Shown here piece after piece: positions 1-12,159 of a DNA stretch of 64,000 nucleotides. Numbering within the stretch: position 1 is the stretch's first letter; the number at the start of each line of letters is the position of its first letter. The stretch comes from Balanoglossus misakiensis. Taxonomy: Eukaryota > Animalia > Hemichordata. The translations under genes and the position numbers were made by a program. The stretch lies in the NCBI GenBank assembly GCA_040954595.2, contig CM082593.2, forward strand, positions 5,907,434-5,971,433. The letters run 5' to 3'. The notes below the pieces were generated by a model, which was not told the DNA's origin, did no database searches, and saw nothing but the letters and a program-made list of their open reading frames with translations.

Positions 1-2151
1 CTTCACGCTCTCCTGCAATCAAACGTACCGCACAGAGTCGGTGACTTGAACAAGAATCCACCTCTGAGAGTTTCTGGAGGGCCCCTCTCTCCCGTGGCTC
101 GCATCGCCAGGAAACCGACCGATGAGGATGAGAAAAAGCTGACCACAGACCTGCACTGGATCGAGTTCAAGAGACTGCTGGAAGAAAAAAGACAAAGTGA
201 GGCGAGTTCGGGTCCGGCGTCGCCCAGCGAGTCCCCCGGGGGTGCCACAGCCTCCCCGCAGCACCCGGAAATTCCGACACTCCAGACATCGGCCAACATC
301 TTCCAGTGTTCCTCGTGCAGCGTCAGCTTCCAGCACCCGCAGGCCCTGCACATGCACGGCATCCAGCAGCACGTCAAGAAGTCCCTGGAGTGCCCCGACT
401 GCGGCCGCAAGTACCGGCTGTACTGCGGGCTGAAGCGACACCAGCTGACCAACTGTCCGCGGCGGTCGCACAGCCCCTACTTGTCCCAGGAGGCGGACTT
501 CGCCGCGTACGGCTCGCCGAGAGTACGACACAAGTGCCACAACGAGGACAACTCGGACTGCCAACAGTGCGCACGAAACATCGACAGCATGCACGATCCC
601 TCCCCGACCCCGAACGACCCGGCAATGTCAGGCGACCCCAGCCAAGGTCAGGTCACTCCTGCCGATGTGACCCCTCAGCCGGTGCCGGGGTCGGCAGTCA
701 CACCAGCGGGGTCATCGGTATCCCCACAGATGGGAAACACACAGCAAGGGGAACTGGGCATGAAATCTGGTGGGCAGCTGCACGCACTGTTGAACCTAAT
801 AAAGACAGAAAGAGCAGGTCTACCTGGTGGGGCCAAGGAGAGAGAGGACCCTGACTTGTCATCCGCCCAGAAAGTCCATCAGAGACCAGAAATCATACCC
901 GACTACCCAACAGACCAAGGTGACCCCAGCAGAACCCTCCATGACTTTGCAGCTGTAGTGCTGGGTGCAAATGAGGTGGCTGGAGGTCAAAAGGTCACCC
1001 GGCCATTGTCTCAAGAGGAAACGAATGACAAACGCGGCTGGACGGAGGAAGTGGGAGAAACCGCAAACAAACAGACGGGCAGTAAACAAGAATACACAAG
1101 AGTTGCAGCCCGTGTACGTGTGGCTTCTGAGGGTGTGTCTGCAGTGTGTGGGGGATCTGGGCTCTCAGGTCGGGCGGATCAAGACAGAGGTAGTGTAGAG
1201 AATGATACTAGACTGTCAGCTGGCCTCCCAAGAGACAACATGGACGGCCGGCCTCTTGAGACAGGTATTGAAAAGCAAGCAAACAGTAAGATCAGCCATG
1301 TTGATTACCAGGGCAGTCCAGGGGGATCAGCTGACTGCAACAGGAACACCGCAAGTCAGGGAAGCGACCTGAAAGATGGGAAGGCAGTCGGAGAGCGGGG
1401 AACAGGTGCCGGTGCAGGTAACGGAAAAGTGGAAGGCAACGGAAAGGTGGAGATGGAAGAGCGGTACATTGAGACGACGCTGGAGCAGTTTGTCGCCACC
1501 GTCGTGTGCAAAGCCCTGACCGGGAAACTGCCGGAACTGAACAGCACTCTGAGGGACTTGTCCGATAAGCGACGTGCGCAGAAACGCGGCGGCGACCACG
1601 AAAGTGTGAACGGTGGCGAGAGTGAGGCAGGGGAAGCGCGCGTGGAGAAGGTCAGTGAAAATGCCGAGGGCAGAAAAAGTGCCAGGAAAGATGATGTTTT
1701 TGAGCCAAAGAAAGCGCGATTAGAGAGAATTTTGAGAGAAGACGATGGAAGAAAGAGGGCAGGGTTTTCGCAAGAAACAGACAAGCACACATCGCCCGTG
1801 AATCCCGAGCGTCACGGCGATCGCTTCCCCGCTTCACAACCGACGAACCGACGGAAAGGAAACGATCTGAGATTCACGGCCAGCACGCCGGTGTCAGCAG
1901 TCCGCCTGGGCGGATGGATCGACCACATGTGCCAAGAAACTCTCCTGTCCCAGTCTCCGCGACCACCTGTCGCGCGCGGTCGCCGGCATCGCGTAACTGC
2001 AGCGTCGCCGCACCAGTCGAAAAGCGCGGAGGCCGTGGCCACGCCGCTGAAGATGGCGCCGGTCATCAACGATCAGTTCTCTACGGAACAAGTAGAACCT
2101 CTCGATCTCAGCATGAGTAAAACACCTGTACCTTCGGTGTCATTTCAGTGA
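1..2151 (+). CDS. Uncharacterised zinc-finger protein (one C2H2 plus one C2HC finger, LxxLL and PLDLS motifs), large terminal exon, 5' end outside window
   Basis: The frame is open from base 1 (LHALLQSNV...) to TGA at 2149-2151; the track start at 46 is a TTG, not a real start. ZF1 is CSSCSVSFQHPQALHMHGIQQH (307-372) and ZF2 is CPDCGRKYRLYCGLKRHQLTNC (391-456). The CtBP-type motif PLDLS is at 2098-2112. AT-rich 3'UTR-like sequence with AATAAA/ATTAAA follows. Confidence 0.8.
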   Translation, partial: LHALLQSNVPHRVGDLNKNPPLRVSGGPLSPVARIARKPTDEDEKKLTTDLHWIEFKRLLEEKRQSEASSGPASPSESPGGATASPQHPEIPTLQTSANIFQCSSCSVSFQHPQALHMHGIQQHVKKSLECPDCGRKYRLYCGLKRHQLTNCPRRSHSPYLSQEADFAAYGSPRVRHKCHNEDNSDCQQCARNIDSMHDPSPTPNDPAMSGDPSQGQVTPADVTPQPVPGSAVTPAGSSVSPQMGNTQQGELGMKSGGQLHALLNLIKTERAGLPGGAKEREDPDLSSAQKVHQRPEIIPDYPTDQGDPSRTLHDFAAVVLGANEVAGGQKVTRPLSQEETNDKRGWTEEVGETANKQTGSKQEYTRVAARVRVASEGVSAVCGGSGLSGRADQDRGSVENDTRLSAGLPRDNMDGRPLETGIEKQANSKISHVDYQGSPGGSADCNRNTASQGSDLKDGKAVGERGTGAGAGNGKVEGNGKVEMEERYIETTLEQFVATVVCKALTGKLPELNSTLRDLSDKRRAQKRGGDHESVNGGESEAGEARVEKVSENAEGRKSARKDDVFEPKKARLERILREDDGRKRAGFSQETDKHTSPVNPERHGDRFPASQPTNRRKGNDLRFTASTPVSAVRLGGWIDHMCQETLLSQSPRPPVARGRRHRVTAASPHQSKSAEAVATPLKMAPVINDQFSTEQVEPLDLSMSKTPVPSVSFQ

Positions 2152-2557
2152 CGAAATTCATCCAACAGTCAATCTCCATGTATCACCTTGAAATATTTCC
2201 AGAAATTATCCTGGGAATTAAAAAACTGATTTAATTATTGTTTTTTTTTCTCATAAACAATTTGCTTCTGCAAATTTATAATTATAGTGATATATCAATT
2301 TTGTCTGAAAAATATACTCAACTGGCAACCTGTTTTTTCCTACCTCAAATAAATTTGGTCGATTTGAATGGCATATTCTTTAGCCGTATTTTTCAATGTG
2401 GAGGCACTAAGTCCTCTGAAGTCCTTCCTTCCAGTTTCAATTGAAGTTAAAGGAAACCTAATTTGTGTCCTGGCTTGTATATAATTCTGGTTTTCATCCA
2501 AGTTTGCAGTGTTAGTTTCTTCTAAATTATAAATGACAAAAGCAAGGAGTCAAAAAA

Positions 2558-2643
2558 CCCTTTCATCACCATGGTGTGGTCCAGCTCCACTGTTTTCTGT
2601 GGTAAATTTTGGACGTCTACAAATGCACACAGGGGTGAAAGGG
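2558..2643. mobile_element. ~86-bp piggyBac-like MITE, degenerate copy 1
   Basis: Termini are CCCTTTCA...TGAAAGGG with TTA on the right. The interior (catgg..gtccagctcca.tg.ttt...tggac) matches the copy at 62937-63023. Confidence 0.6.
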
Positions 2644-4902
2644 TTACAGTCATGAGGGTGGAGTGATTTCTGCTAAACAGCAATAGAGTCAACCATCCAC
2701 CTGTTGAATGTAACTCTAGCTATGCTTAATTATTTCTTCAGGGAATTCAAAGCTTTTTATGAAAGATACTTCGGGTATATACTGGTATAAGTTATAAGTT
2801 TATAATTTTGTGAATTTATTGTAATCTTTGTTATTAAATATTTGAAGGTCACCTTTTTTGTATTTACCTGAGTTTTAATTAATTTTCTATGATACAAGTA
2901 GTTTATTTTTGTTTCGGAAGATCATTTTCCATTTTCAGATGTATTTTGCAGTTTCTTGGGGTTGGGGATAGATACGAGGTCTTTACAAATCAATCAGATA
3001 TTGGTCGAATGAGTGTAATAGTTTGGCATGTTTTCTTTTATTTGTATGAAATCATATGCGACAGTGATGATTATGATTTATAAGTTGATCATTGGGTAGA
3101 GATTCAGCCAAAGAGCAGCTTATCCCTATTCATTGAAACAAAACACCACCCCCAGCCTTTGTAATATGCTCAAAATGTTCAATGTGCATTTAGCCAGCAG
3201 CTACGCTGTGAAAACTCTCTTTTTTTGACTGACGAAATATACAATTAGACCACACTCGGCAAATCATGATTTTGAACATTTGATGAAGTACAAAATTAAA
3301 TAAACACCAACCTCCCGCACCCATAATGCAACACAAGATCTAAATGATCTACCTCTTTTTTTTTTAATGTCACATGACTACCTCATTTGCATACTGGTTA
3401 ATCAGGGTCAGAGTTAGTGTCTTTGATAATATGCAGTTTACCTCAGTCTTTTCTAGTTGAATTGTTTTAGTTGTAGGTGTAATTACATTTATATGTGTTT
3501 TATTTTTGACTCTTTCTACTGATTACCAGTGTGTTATATTCTAGCAATAGCTGTAAACACAGTAACAAGAAATTTGCATCTTTTTATTTTGAAAAGTAGT
3601 GTGGTGAGTGGTGAATTTTTCTTTATTCTTTCTTTATGAGCAGTACAGGTTTTTCGACTGTACTGTTGTGTGAAATTGTGTGAAATAATTGTACATTTAT
3701 CTGTGTTAGATATCTTTATCTATCCAATTCACCTTAGACTACGCATCAAAAGAACCTCTGCAAACCATAAAGTTTTTCAAATTCAACAAATTTCTTTAAA
3801 ATGATAATCATTGTTCCCCTTTAGTTGTCAAAGTCTTTCACACATTATACACAAAAAATAATTTTGGAAACCTGAAAGATGGTGGTTATGTTTCCTTTTT
3901 AAAGATATTGGACCAAAGTTTGAATACTGATAATTCTTGAAAGTGCAAAGCATTTGATGGTGTGATATATATAATGACAAAAATAATCTTACCAATAAAT
4001 TTCCCCCCAATCACAGCTGTAAAGTACTTCAGAAATCGCGTTCCTGAAAATTACAACCAATGAAGTTGTCTGCTTATCTGTATTCAAGACTGTTGACAGT
4101 TCTTTGTGCTGTTTTGTTTTCTTCACTGTAACGTGTGATGATGCTGAAATGCAGTATAGACATATTCTCTGGTTGTTCGGTTGTAGTATGCAGTGCATGT
4201 ACTGGCCGTTTCCTATAGCAGAGTGCAGTCTTGCGGCAACCACCTTAACCATCTACATGTATAGAGATTAATTCCCAAAAAGGGACAAAAAACAGCGCGA
4301 TCAGCTGTCGACAGTCAGTATAAATATTGAAATTTGTATATAATGCCACTGGTGTATTTTAATAACGTGTCAGCTGATTTTCGATGGTGCTTTCTGAAAT
4401 CTTCAGGAAATTTACCGTGTGATAGATGTAAGTTTAATAGGGATTGTATGATATTAAATTATTCTTGAAAGCTGATGTCGACCTTTTGACCTTTGTTTTT
4501 GACTTTTTCACAGCAATCAGATAACTGCCTTTGTTCAGGTTATTGATAGCTTCTCATTCTCTGAAATTTTCCTAATGGAACTTCTCTTTGTTCAGTTTCA
4601 TTCTCAAATTAAAATCTGTAAATGTTATCTGCCAACTAAAGATTTTGCTGAATTTTGAAATCTTGGATATGTGTGTCTCTGGTTTACTTTCATAAAGATA
4701 TTAAACATTGTTTTATGAAGCTATTTAATGAACTGTCGCGTTTGTTAACCCCAAGAGACGCTAATTTGCATTTCTTAAGTTGAATAACATGAACTGGAGT
4801 TCAGTTTACAACTACATTTCATATAATTTAGCTGACAAACAGAACTTTCCGATGGCAAGCGTTCGATGGTACGTACGTATACAATAGAAAATCCTAGCAC
4901 TG

Positions 4903-4916
4903 CCACACGAGGGCGC
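4903..4916 (+). promoter_or_regulatory. CTCF-like motif just upstream of the ANAPC16 start
   Basis: CCACACGAGGGCGC versus consensus CCASYAGRKGGCRS. The start context aaaATGGCG is also YY1-like. Confidence 0.35.
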
Positions 4917-4943
4917 TATGAACGAAGCAGAGGCAAAAACAAA

Positions 4944-5638
4944 ATGGCGTCCAGAGGCTCATCGCGGACCTCTCCGGTCAGATACGAGCCGAGGAAAGCG
5001 TTATTCCGTTCCCCTGCTCCATTTGAAGACAGTCAGTCGTCAGGTAACTTATTGTGGTGATATTTTTGTAATCTCTGTTCCGTTGAGCTGATCGAAACTA
5101 TTGTCGAGTGAGTTTTATTCGCCTGTATCAAAAGACGAATGCCCAATGTAAACTAAACATGGTGTGTTTCTTTCCACACAGTCATTGATCAAGTCATTAC
5201 GTGTCTGTGTGTGGAGAGAGACATGGAACAGGGAATCAAAAATACACAGAAAGGTAAGATTTTATTCTCAGTGTCACCGAATAATCTGTAACCTCTGTTT
5301 CATCCCCGGGTTTCGTCAGTGAAATGCATATAAACTCGGGAAGAAAAACATTGTCAGCATCAGATTCTGAACCAGAGTTAGATTCTGTCAGGACTATTTG
5401 AAACTGATGATGATGCGGTTGTCGGCATTGTATTGCTACGGGATGTTGATTTCTTATATTGCCATGGCCACAGTTAAACAGAGTGTATTTCTACCATGGC
5501 GGCAGGCAAATCTAAACTGTTTCGTGTTTAATTTCAGAACTTCACAAAGAGCGGTTGAGGCAGATGAGGGAGTTGCTTGTGGGGCTGCAAGAAAATGAGT
5601 GGAGGTACAAACCCATAGACAAACTCATCGGACTGTGA
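4944..5638 (+). CDS. ANAPC16: Anaphase-promoting complex subunit 16 (90 aa); exons 4944-5043, 5182-5253, 5538-5638
   Basis: Canonical GT-AG splicing (both introns phase 1) gives MASRGSSRTSPVRYEPRKALFRSPAPFEDSQSSVIDQVITCLCVERDMEQGIKNTQKELHKERLRQMRELLVGLQENEWRYKPIDKLIGL*. PRKALF and EWRYKPIDKLIG match the APC16 hallmarks (human PRKALF and DEWRFKPIEQLLG). Confidence 0.9.
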
Positions 5639-6079
5639 ACTGCAACCAACGCCTATGGTTGTTCATAAAAAAACAGCTTTATAAATCAAGAAACTAATTT
5701 ATTGAACTCTGGAACAAAATTTATATGACAGACATTGTTTTTTTTCTCCGTGTGAGGAGGTCTGCTTGTGGCTTTGGATCATGTTCAGTGATCACCATGG
5801 TAACCAGGAAACTAGCAAAGCAGACTGAGTCAGTGTGAAAATGGAAATCTGTGGTAGTGACTCCTTTTGTGTATTAGAGATAATATCATCAGATACTGGG
5901 GAAATGTTTTAACCGAAAATAGACAATTCCTAATTTTTTCTGCTGCAATGTTATTATGTTGATGATTTGTGTAGGTCTATATTTTGTGATAAAAAGAGAA
6001 AAGTTGATACACAATGTGTTTGAATTTAGTTTTGAACTGTAGACGTGTCCATTGTGTGTGCGTGTGATTTGCCACTATA

Positions 6080-6093
6080 GCGCCCTCTATAGG
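6080..6093 (-). promoter_or_regulatory. CTCF-like motif
   Basis: Minus strand reads CCTATAGAGGGCGC. Confidence 0.4.
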
Positions 6094-8566
6094 GCAACAA
6101 AGCAAACGGCTAACCCCTCTCTGTCTTGCCAGACTTCTGATTGAAAATATACCTGGTATATTTCAATATAGCGCGAGTTTAATCTTATTTAGCTAAGCTG
6201 GTTAAAATTTTACTCAAGCTGGATATTTTTCGCAATAAAAAAGGCAAGCTCCTGTTTGTACAGAATAATAAAAAGGGAACAAAATTTGAAGTCAGTGACG
6301 GTGCCACGAAAGAGACCGATGCTCTCTGTCGGTAGAATCAGGCCAACGAACGATGTCGTATAAAGCGAATAGAAAATCTGTGTTAACGTTATGTCATAAA
6401 AAGAACTGGCGAAGACATCAAATCTAGCGAGGCAAATACATCAAAGGGTCGGTGCCTTAGTCACGACTTCGGCTGTCGTTGCCATATTTTTTCATATTAA
6501 TACTGATTATCTTCTCCATTGCAAGTGAAACACCATTCCAAGTCATTTACGATACATTGCGTAAAACGCTCCCATTTTCTGTAAATTAAACTACCTCGTA
6601 TATATTAATTTTTTTTTCGCCGCAAATCACTTTCGACAGCAATATTTTCGGCTCGAGTTTTATTGGTGCCGGTGATTGGGCGACTTTAAGTGTTGTGAGC
6701 GAGCGATTCAACGCGACAGGAGATGGCTTCGGTGTGTGTGTGTTCGCCTCTCCTGGCTATTTTCAATGATTATTAAAGTGCCGCCCGTTTCTCGCTTTCT
6801 TCAGGCCTGCCGTGGTCTCCTCTCATATCCGTTCTCGGTTTCAGCCGCCGTTTCAGAAGCGCCGCAGCTGCGATTAACAGATATTGCTCAAAGACCCCTC
6901 CTTTCCCTACCAGATACAAGGCTTTTCACTACTCGCGGCATCAGATCGCTATTTCATCTCATTTTCGAGTAATTTGAGACGATGAAAACTCCTCTTTTTT
7001 TGACTACAGGTAAATCTTCCGATGCGTGAAGTCAAAGAAAGAGCGGCGGTGGTTGAATGACGCTCAGACGATGACAATCAGTGCCGATTCGTTAGGGGTC
7101 GTCTCCACAACTGTGGCGGGGGGGGGGGAGTCGATGTGGTAGAGAAAATAATTTATCTGCGCAAGAATAGCTAGCGCATTAATAAAACAACACAATTTCT
7201 ATGTGCAAGAATAGCTAGAGATATTGATTGAAAACTTGAACTTCAATCCCTGTCGTGAAAATGTTGAGATAATCAATAGTTTATCTCCAAGTTCAAGCAG
7301 CATGTCCAACAGCGACGCCGATAACGCCATCAAAGATGGCGGCTTTCTCCTCAACTGAAGACACGTCTCTTGTCGCATCAATTCACACCCTCTAGTCTTC
7401 ACACATCTTCTGTTTTCTTCTCTTCGGTCGTTTTTATCTCCAAGGTCCGCACTTACCGACTCCTTCTGTGGCTTGTCTGCGGCTCCTCCGCGCCTACGAA
7501 CGATGGAGAAGGGGGGGGGGGGGGGTCTCTCTCTTCAAGGGTCTCGCGGTGTTGAACATTCATTCCAAGCCCCACTGCACTGCTCCCAACCACCCAAGCC
7601 TCTTCGCGACCTTGTAACACCGGAACCCGTCGTTTCCCCCCACTTTCTGATAGGAGCTGCAAAACAGATGAGCACAATACTCCAGCCATTAACAACCATC
7701 CACTGGCTTAATTTATCGTCCTAGAATTTCAGTGCTCGCAAATCAAAAACAAACCACGGACAATTCAATCACAAAACGCGCGTGTCCCAACTTTCCACCG
7801 CCCCTTGGATAATTTTCAGTAGTTGGGAGTTCCTTTAATTTCCTGCCATTGTTAATTCGTTGTGGAGGGATTCTTTTGTTAGTCTAACCTAAAAAGGGTA
7901 ATTTTCGATCGGTCTGCCAAATGTCACCCGAAAGATTCCCGATGCTCTTCCTTACACCCCCAAATGGCGGCAAAAATCGCGCCGCTTACCGGAGAGAGAG
8001 ACGCAAACTATCTGTAATCTGCGTATAGTCTTTCACAAAAACCACTCACCAAGATTACAATTGGCTCATTTCTAGCTACCCGCGATGATATGATATCGAA
8101 GCCGAGCCTATTGGATCGAACCAGATGAGTGTGAGATGTATCTTGTATCAAAAGATGCCGCCATATACAGGCGACTGTGCGACGTGAGGGTGTGTGTATG
8201 CCAAGCATAATACCTTGAAGGATTATTCAATTCGATTCAAGAAAAATTATCCGAGACTTTTGAACAGGGAAAAATTGTATGACTGGCCCCCGATGTTGCC
8301 GGCTTCAACAATAATTAGCGTATTTATCTTTGCGAGATGCAGACGACGCGAGAATACCTTTTGTGTCACGCAGTTTTCAAGTCGTTACGTAAGGGGTAAC
8401 CATTTCATATTAGGGGAGATGGGAATATCAAACAATTTTTCGACCGTTGCGATAGCAATTTTTCTCCGGTGGAGTTTGAAGCGATATTTGTATAAAATTA
8501 TTTTGCATAAACCATTAAATGGTTTATGCAAAATAATGTTCAGGTTTGAAACTCGATCATTAGTTG

Positions 8567-8609
8567 TAAATTTTGGCTTCTTCTCAGTATTTTTGTTCAG
8601 TGTATCAAC
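8567..8609 (+). repeat. Fragment of a dispersed repeat, inverted copy at 31146-31190
   Basis: taaattttggcttcttctcagtatttttgttcagtgtatcaac aligns by eye with the reverse complement of 31146-31190 (taaattttgactactttttcagtattttgtctactgaatatcaac). Confidence 0.45.
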
Positions 8610-9566
8610 TCCAGTGCAGAATGTTGTACATTTAAGCTTTTAGTCGTAATATCAAATGAATTCCTCGATTCGCCTGCGTTATTAATTTTACAGTTGTTTA
8701 CAAAATAGTACGACCCTTGGAGTGTATTTTCAATATATCTTGTTATGTTCTGATTCTAAAGTGTTCCATAAAAAGGCATGTTTATGTCTGGATCTCCTTT
8801 CAAAGACACGTTTGCTTCAAGTTTTTCCGTCTCACATTTCAAAGTAATCCTATTCCTTTTTTTTCATCTTTTCCACTCAAAGCCATGATCTTACAAAATC
8901 AAAAAAATCGCCTCAATCGCGTGTGACGCTACTCATGTTTCAAGGAACCAGCGAGCCATGATGAGCATGCGCTGTTCCTAACTTTTTGTTGTTAGGGGCA
9001 ACGGGTTGCGATAAACCTGAGAATACATTCATGCTGCGGAATAATTGTCTCCAGAAGGAAAAATCGTCCTCTCTTTAAATTGAGTGTTGTAATCTGAAAC
9101 ATCGTATTTTTGTTACTGTCGAGGAATCAACACGTTCTCCATTTTGTGCGGGTTCTTTTACACTTGGATCTTTCAACACAAAAGTATAAACCAGGCCACG
9201 CTTTCATTTGTCAATCAAAATGCCACTATTGCCGACAGATGTTATCCTAATCGGTCTGCTTACAATTTCAACACGGGGTAGTTTGTATGTCCCACTTCGG
9301 GGAAAAAAACTTCCAGTATCAGAATAGTGTACTTAGTTCAAGCTCAACGCAGTGCAGCTCAAAAACTAGGGTACTACCTCAAAAAGTCAACTGAATCGAG
9401 TAGCAAGAATTTTCCTTTGTGACTTCTGGTCCCTGTGAGTTGGGTTCACGGGGGGACAGAATCGAGCCTCTGCAGACGGTGAAGTGGGGGCACTGCTCAC
9501 TCGACATCCGTTCTAACCCCAACGCGCATGCCCGGCCGGTGATGAAACCTTCACCTACATACAAAG

Positions 9567-9693
9567 GCGCCACCTAGCGACCACTACTGGACAGGGCCAT
9601 AAATTTCGGCAAACGTCAAAGGAATTGGTTATCTGGGCAGACCAATATATCTTAGAGGGTCAATATGACCCGGTGACCGTGGCTCATAAATCA
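9567..9693. promoter_or_regulatory. Candidate enhancer/insulator: CTCF-like motif, IR3/DR2 nuclear-receptor element and Pbx-Hox site
   Basis: GCGCCACCTAGCGA 9567-9580; GGGTCAataTGACCC 9657-9671; CATAAATCA 9685-9693. Confidence 0.4.
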
Positions 9694-12118
9694 GTCCCGT
9701 AGCTGTGTTCGCCGGGTGATTTGTGGACACCAGAAGAGAGATTCGACGGGAACGCAAAGAAAAGCCGCCCATGCGTGGAGCTCTATTTGGCGAGATAACA
9801 GCCATAATTTGTGACTGGATGCGCTCCAGTCTGTCAGTTCAGGGCACGATTGATGGCAATTCGCTCTGTACTATTTTACGAGTATCGCTAACGGAACATA
9901 TCATTTATAATCCCCGCTAATATTTCTTCTCCAATCGTCTATTAGTTATCGATCGATGCCACCTGGTTGTCGAAAGATATGCCCGACTGAGTGTTTTATG
10001 AGTGTCAGGCGCAGTGGATGTGAGTGAGGGCAACCATGCTTGTAAATCTGACCACCGCTGCCGGTATTCATGTCTGCCCACGTTTACCGAGCCCTTTCAT
10101 TCCAACCACCCAGCCAACCAACCCCGCTAGTAAACAATCGCTTTGATATCAAAACTCGCCGTGACATGTGCCTCGCTCCATCAGTGGGCGGCTGCAGATG
10201 TTAAACCGCGGCGTTCCATTCTGATCACGACACAAACACAATCAACCTCTTTTTTTTGCCACTTCACGTTTATGACGAAATTCAGATTCATAAATGAGTA
10301 CCCACTTCATGCATACACGGGTTCACTGACCACTTGGTTTTTATCTCATGTGAACTGAACACGTACACTTGCAGCGCACCCGGTCGCATGAGGGATGTCG
10401 TGACGCGGTCGTGATGACGTACCAGCTCCACAACTTCAAATAAACGGATACAGTTATCATAAACCAACCCAGCAAAAACATTTCTTCCCACATTGCAATT
10501 AATTTCAGACGCATACGAGAGTACCGATATCACAAGTTGGACTAATCCACTATATATATGCGCGAGACCTCCAGGGAAGAAGATAGGGTTTTCGAAAAAA
10601 TGTGACTGACCTGCGAAGATGAGACTCCGTATCGAGTTTCCCAAGGACAGATCGGCCATGTACAGTATGAGTACCCGTTGCCACGGGCAACGAAATACAA
10701 CATCATCAACACCAACGACGAGTGACTCCTGTACAGCGGGTCTCCGATACGGAGAAAAGCCGACGGTTTCGGATATACGTCACTATCATTGTTGGAGTAA
10801 ACTGAACTTTAGCCAGATGGTCACTTTATTTGATATGTAAATGATAGTCTCATTATGCATGTATGTGTTATGTAAGCTTGGTGGGTTTTTTCCCGTTCTT
10901 GTGGGTGTTCAACTCAGTTCAGACTTGGTCAGTGATGTTCATCCACTACACGTGTTGGTGTCCAATAAAGTAAGTGACTGTACTGAAAACAAGCTATCGC
11001 TTCCTCTCGTTATATCATTGCACCGTACGCAATGAACTACCGCACCTCAACACCCATGATGGCTTGATCTGCGCCTTATTCATTGCCACTGATACCAGAC
11101 ATGATATCCCTAAATTGTGATTTTCAATTTGTATTTCTGATTTCGATTCAAATTCGTAACCCAATGCAAATCCAATCACCCAGAATAATACGAGTATTTG
11201 TTTCTTTCCAAGCATTCCGAAGCGTCAAGAAAAGACGGTAAAGACCCTAATTTCTGAATAATGGCCGAATGATCATTTTTCTTCCAGTAATATTGAGTTG
11301 ATCTGAGTTGGTTCGATCGTTGACTCCATGCCAAAAATATATGTCCCCTCATAAACAATTACAACTCTTTGTTTACTAAAATAGTCCACCTTGAAAACTG
11401 GTGGAGCTTTACCTTCGGTTGGGATTAGATTCGGATTAAGACTGAGTAGGGGAAACACCCTGAATTGCGTTGCAGAGTTCAACGCGTCCAAGGACTGATT
11501 TCGATATATATCATTCAAATTTACGAGCAGGGAGGGGTGTCATTAAATCCCCATAGGGGATGCCACAAGTTGTCGTTACTCGGTGACGATTTTTTGCGGT
11601 TCTTTTTCCCCCCAGTCGACCTTGTCCAAGAAGTCGTAAATTTTCACTTACAAAAGAAATCTGTCCTGAGATCGCTGGAGATATACGAGCTGGGATGCTC
11701 CGCTTTAAAATACCCGCACATGCCTGGGTTTCAACGCGGATTCCATCGTGGGTCGCAAATGAGACGCATGTCTCGTAAAAAGAGGAGTCGGGTCGTGAAT
11801 CAAGAAAACGCTGTAAACAGTCACATATCTTCCATCTTCGTCATCGTCTTCGAGGCCTTCAAAATCTTATCCTTTTCCGGCTGACTCACACCCTCGCATG
11901 GGCTCTGTTATCTGTCGTTCACGTCCACGAGTACATCAGTCCGAGTCGGTTGGTAATTTGATATTACCCGCTTGTGGAAGAGGAAATTCGAGAGTGAAAA
12001 TTGTCCGAAGACTTCGTACCTTCCACTCTTTATTACGCGCTGCAAGTATCCGTCATCATCTGTCCTGCCTGTCTCCTGACGTCTGCCTTTCCCCCATCCC
12101 TGCTGACGGTCACCACTT

Positions 12119-12159
12119 GTGAGTGAGTGAGCGAGTGAGTGAGCGAGCGAGTGAGTGAA
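12119..12159. repeat. (GAGT/GAGC)n microsatellite
   Basis: gtgagtgagtgagcgagtgagtgagcgagcgagtgagtgaa. Confidence 0.9.

Noticed and set aside
3-2120. Overlapping alternative-frame and antisense ORFs over the zinc-finger exon
   Set aside because: Shadows of a GC-rich coding exon with no independent motifs.
10288-10840. ORFs of 123 aa and 73 aa in a moderately GC-rich patch
   Set aside because: No recognisable domain, stops in protein-like frames, and no coherent splice structure.
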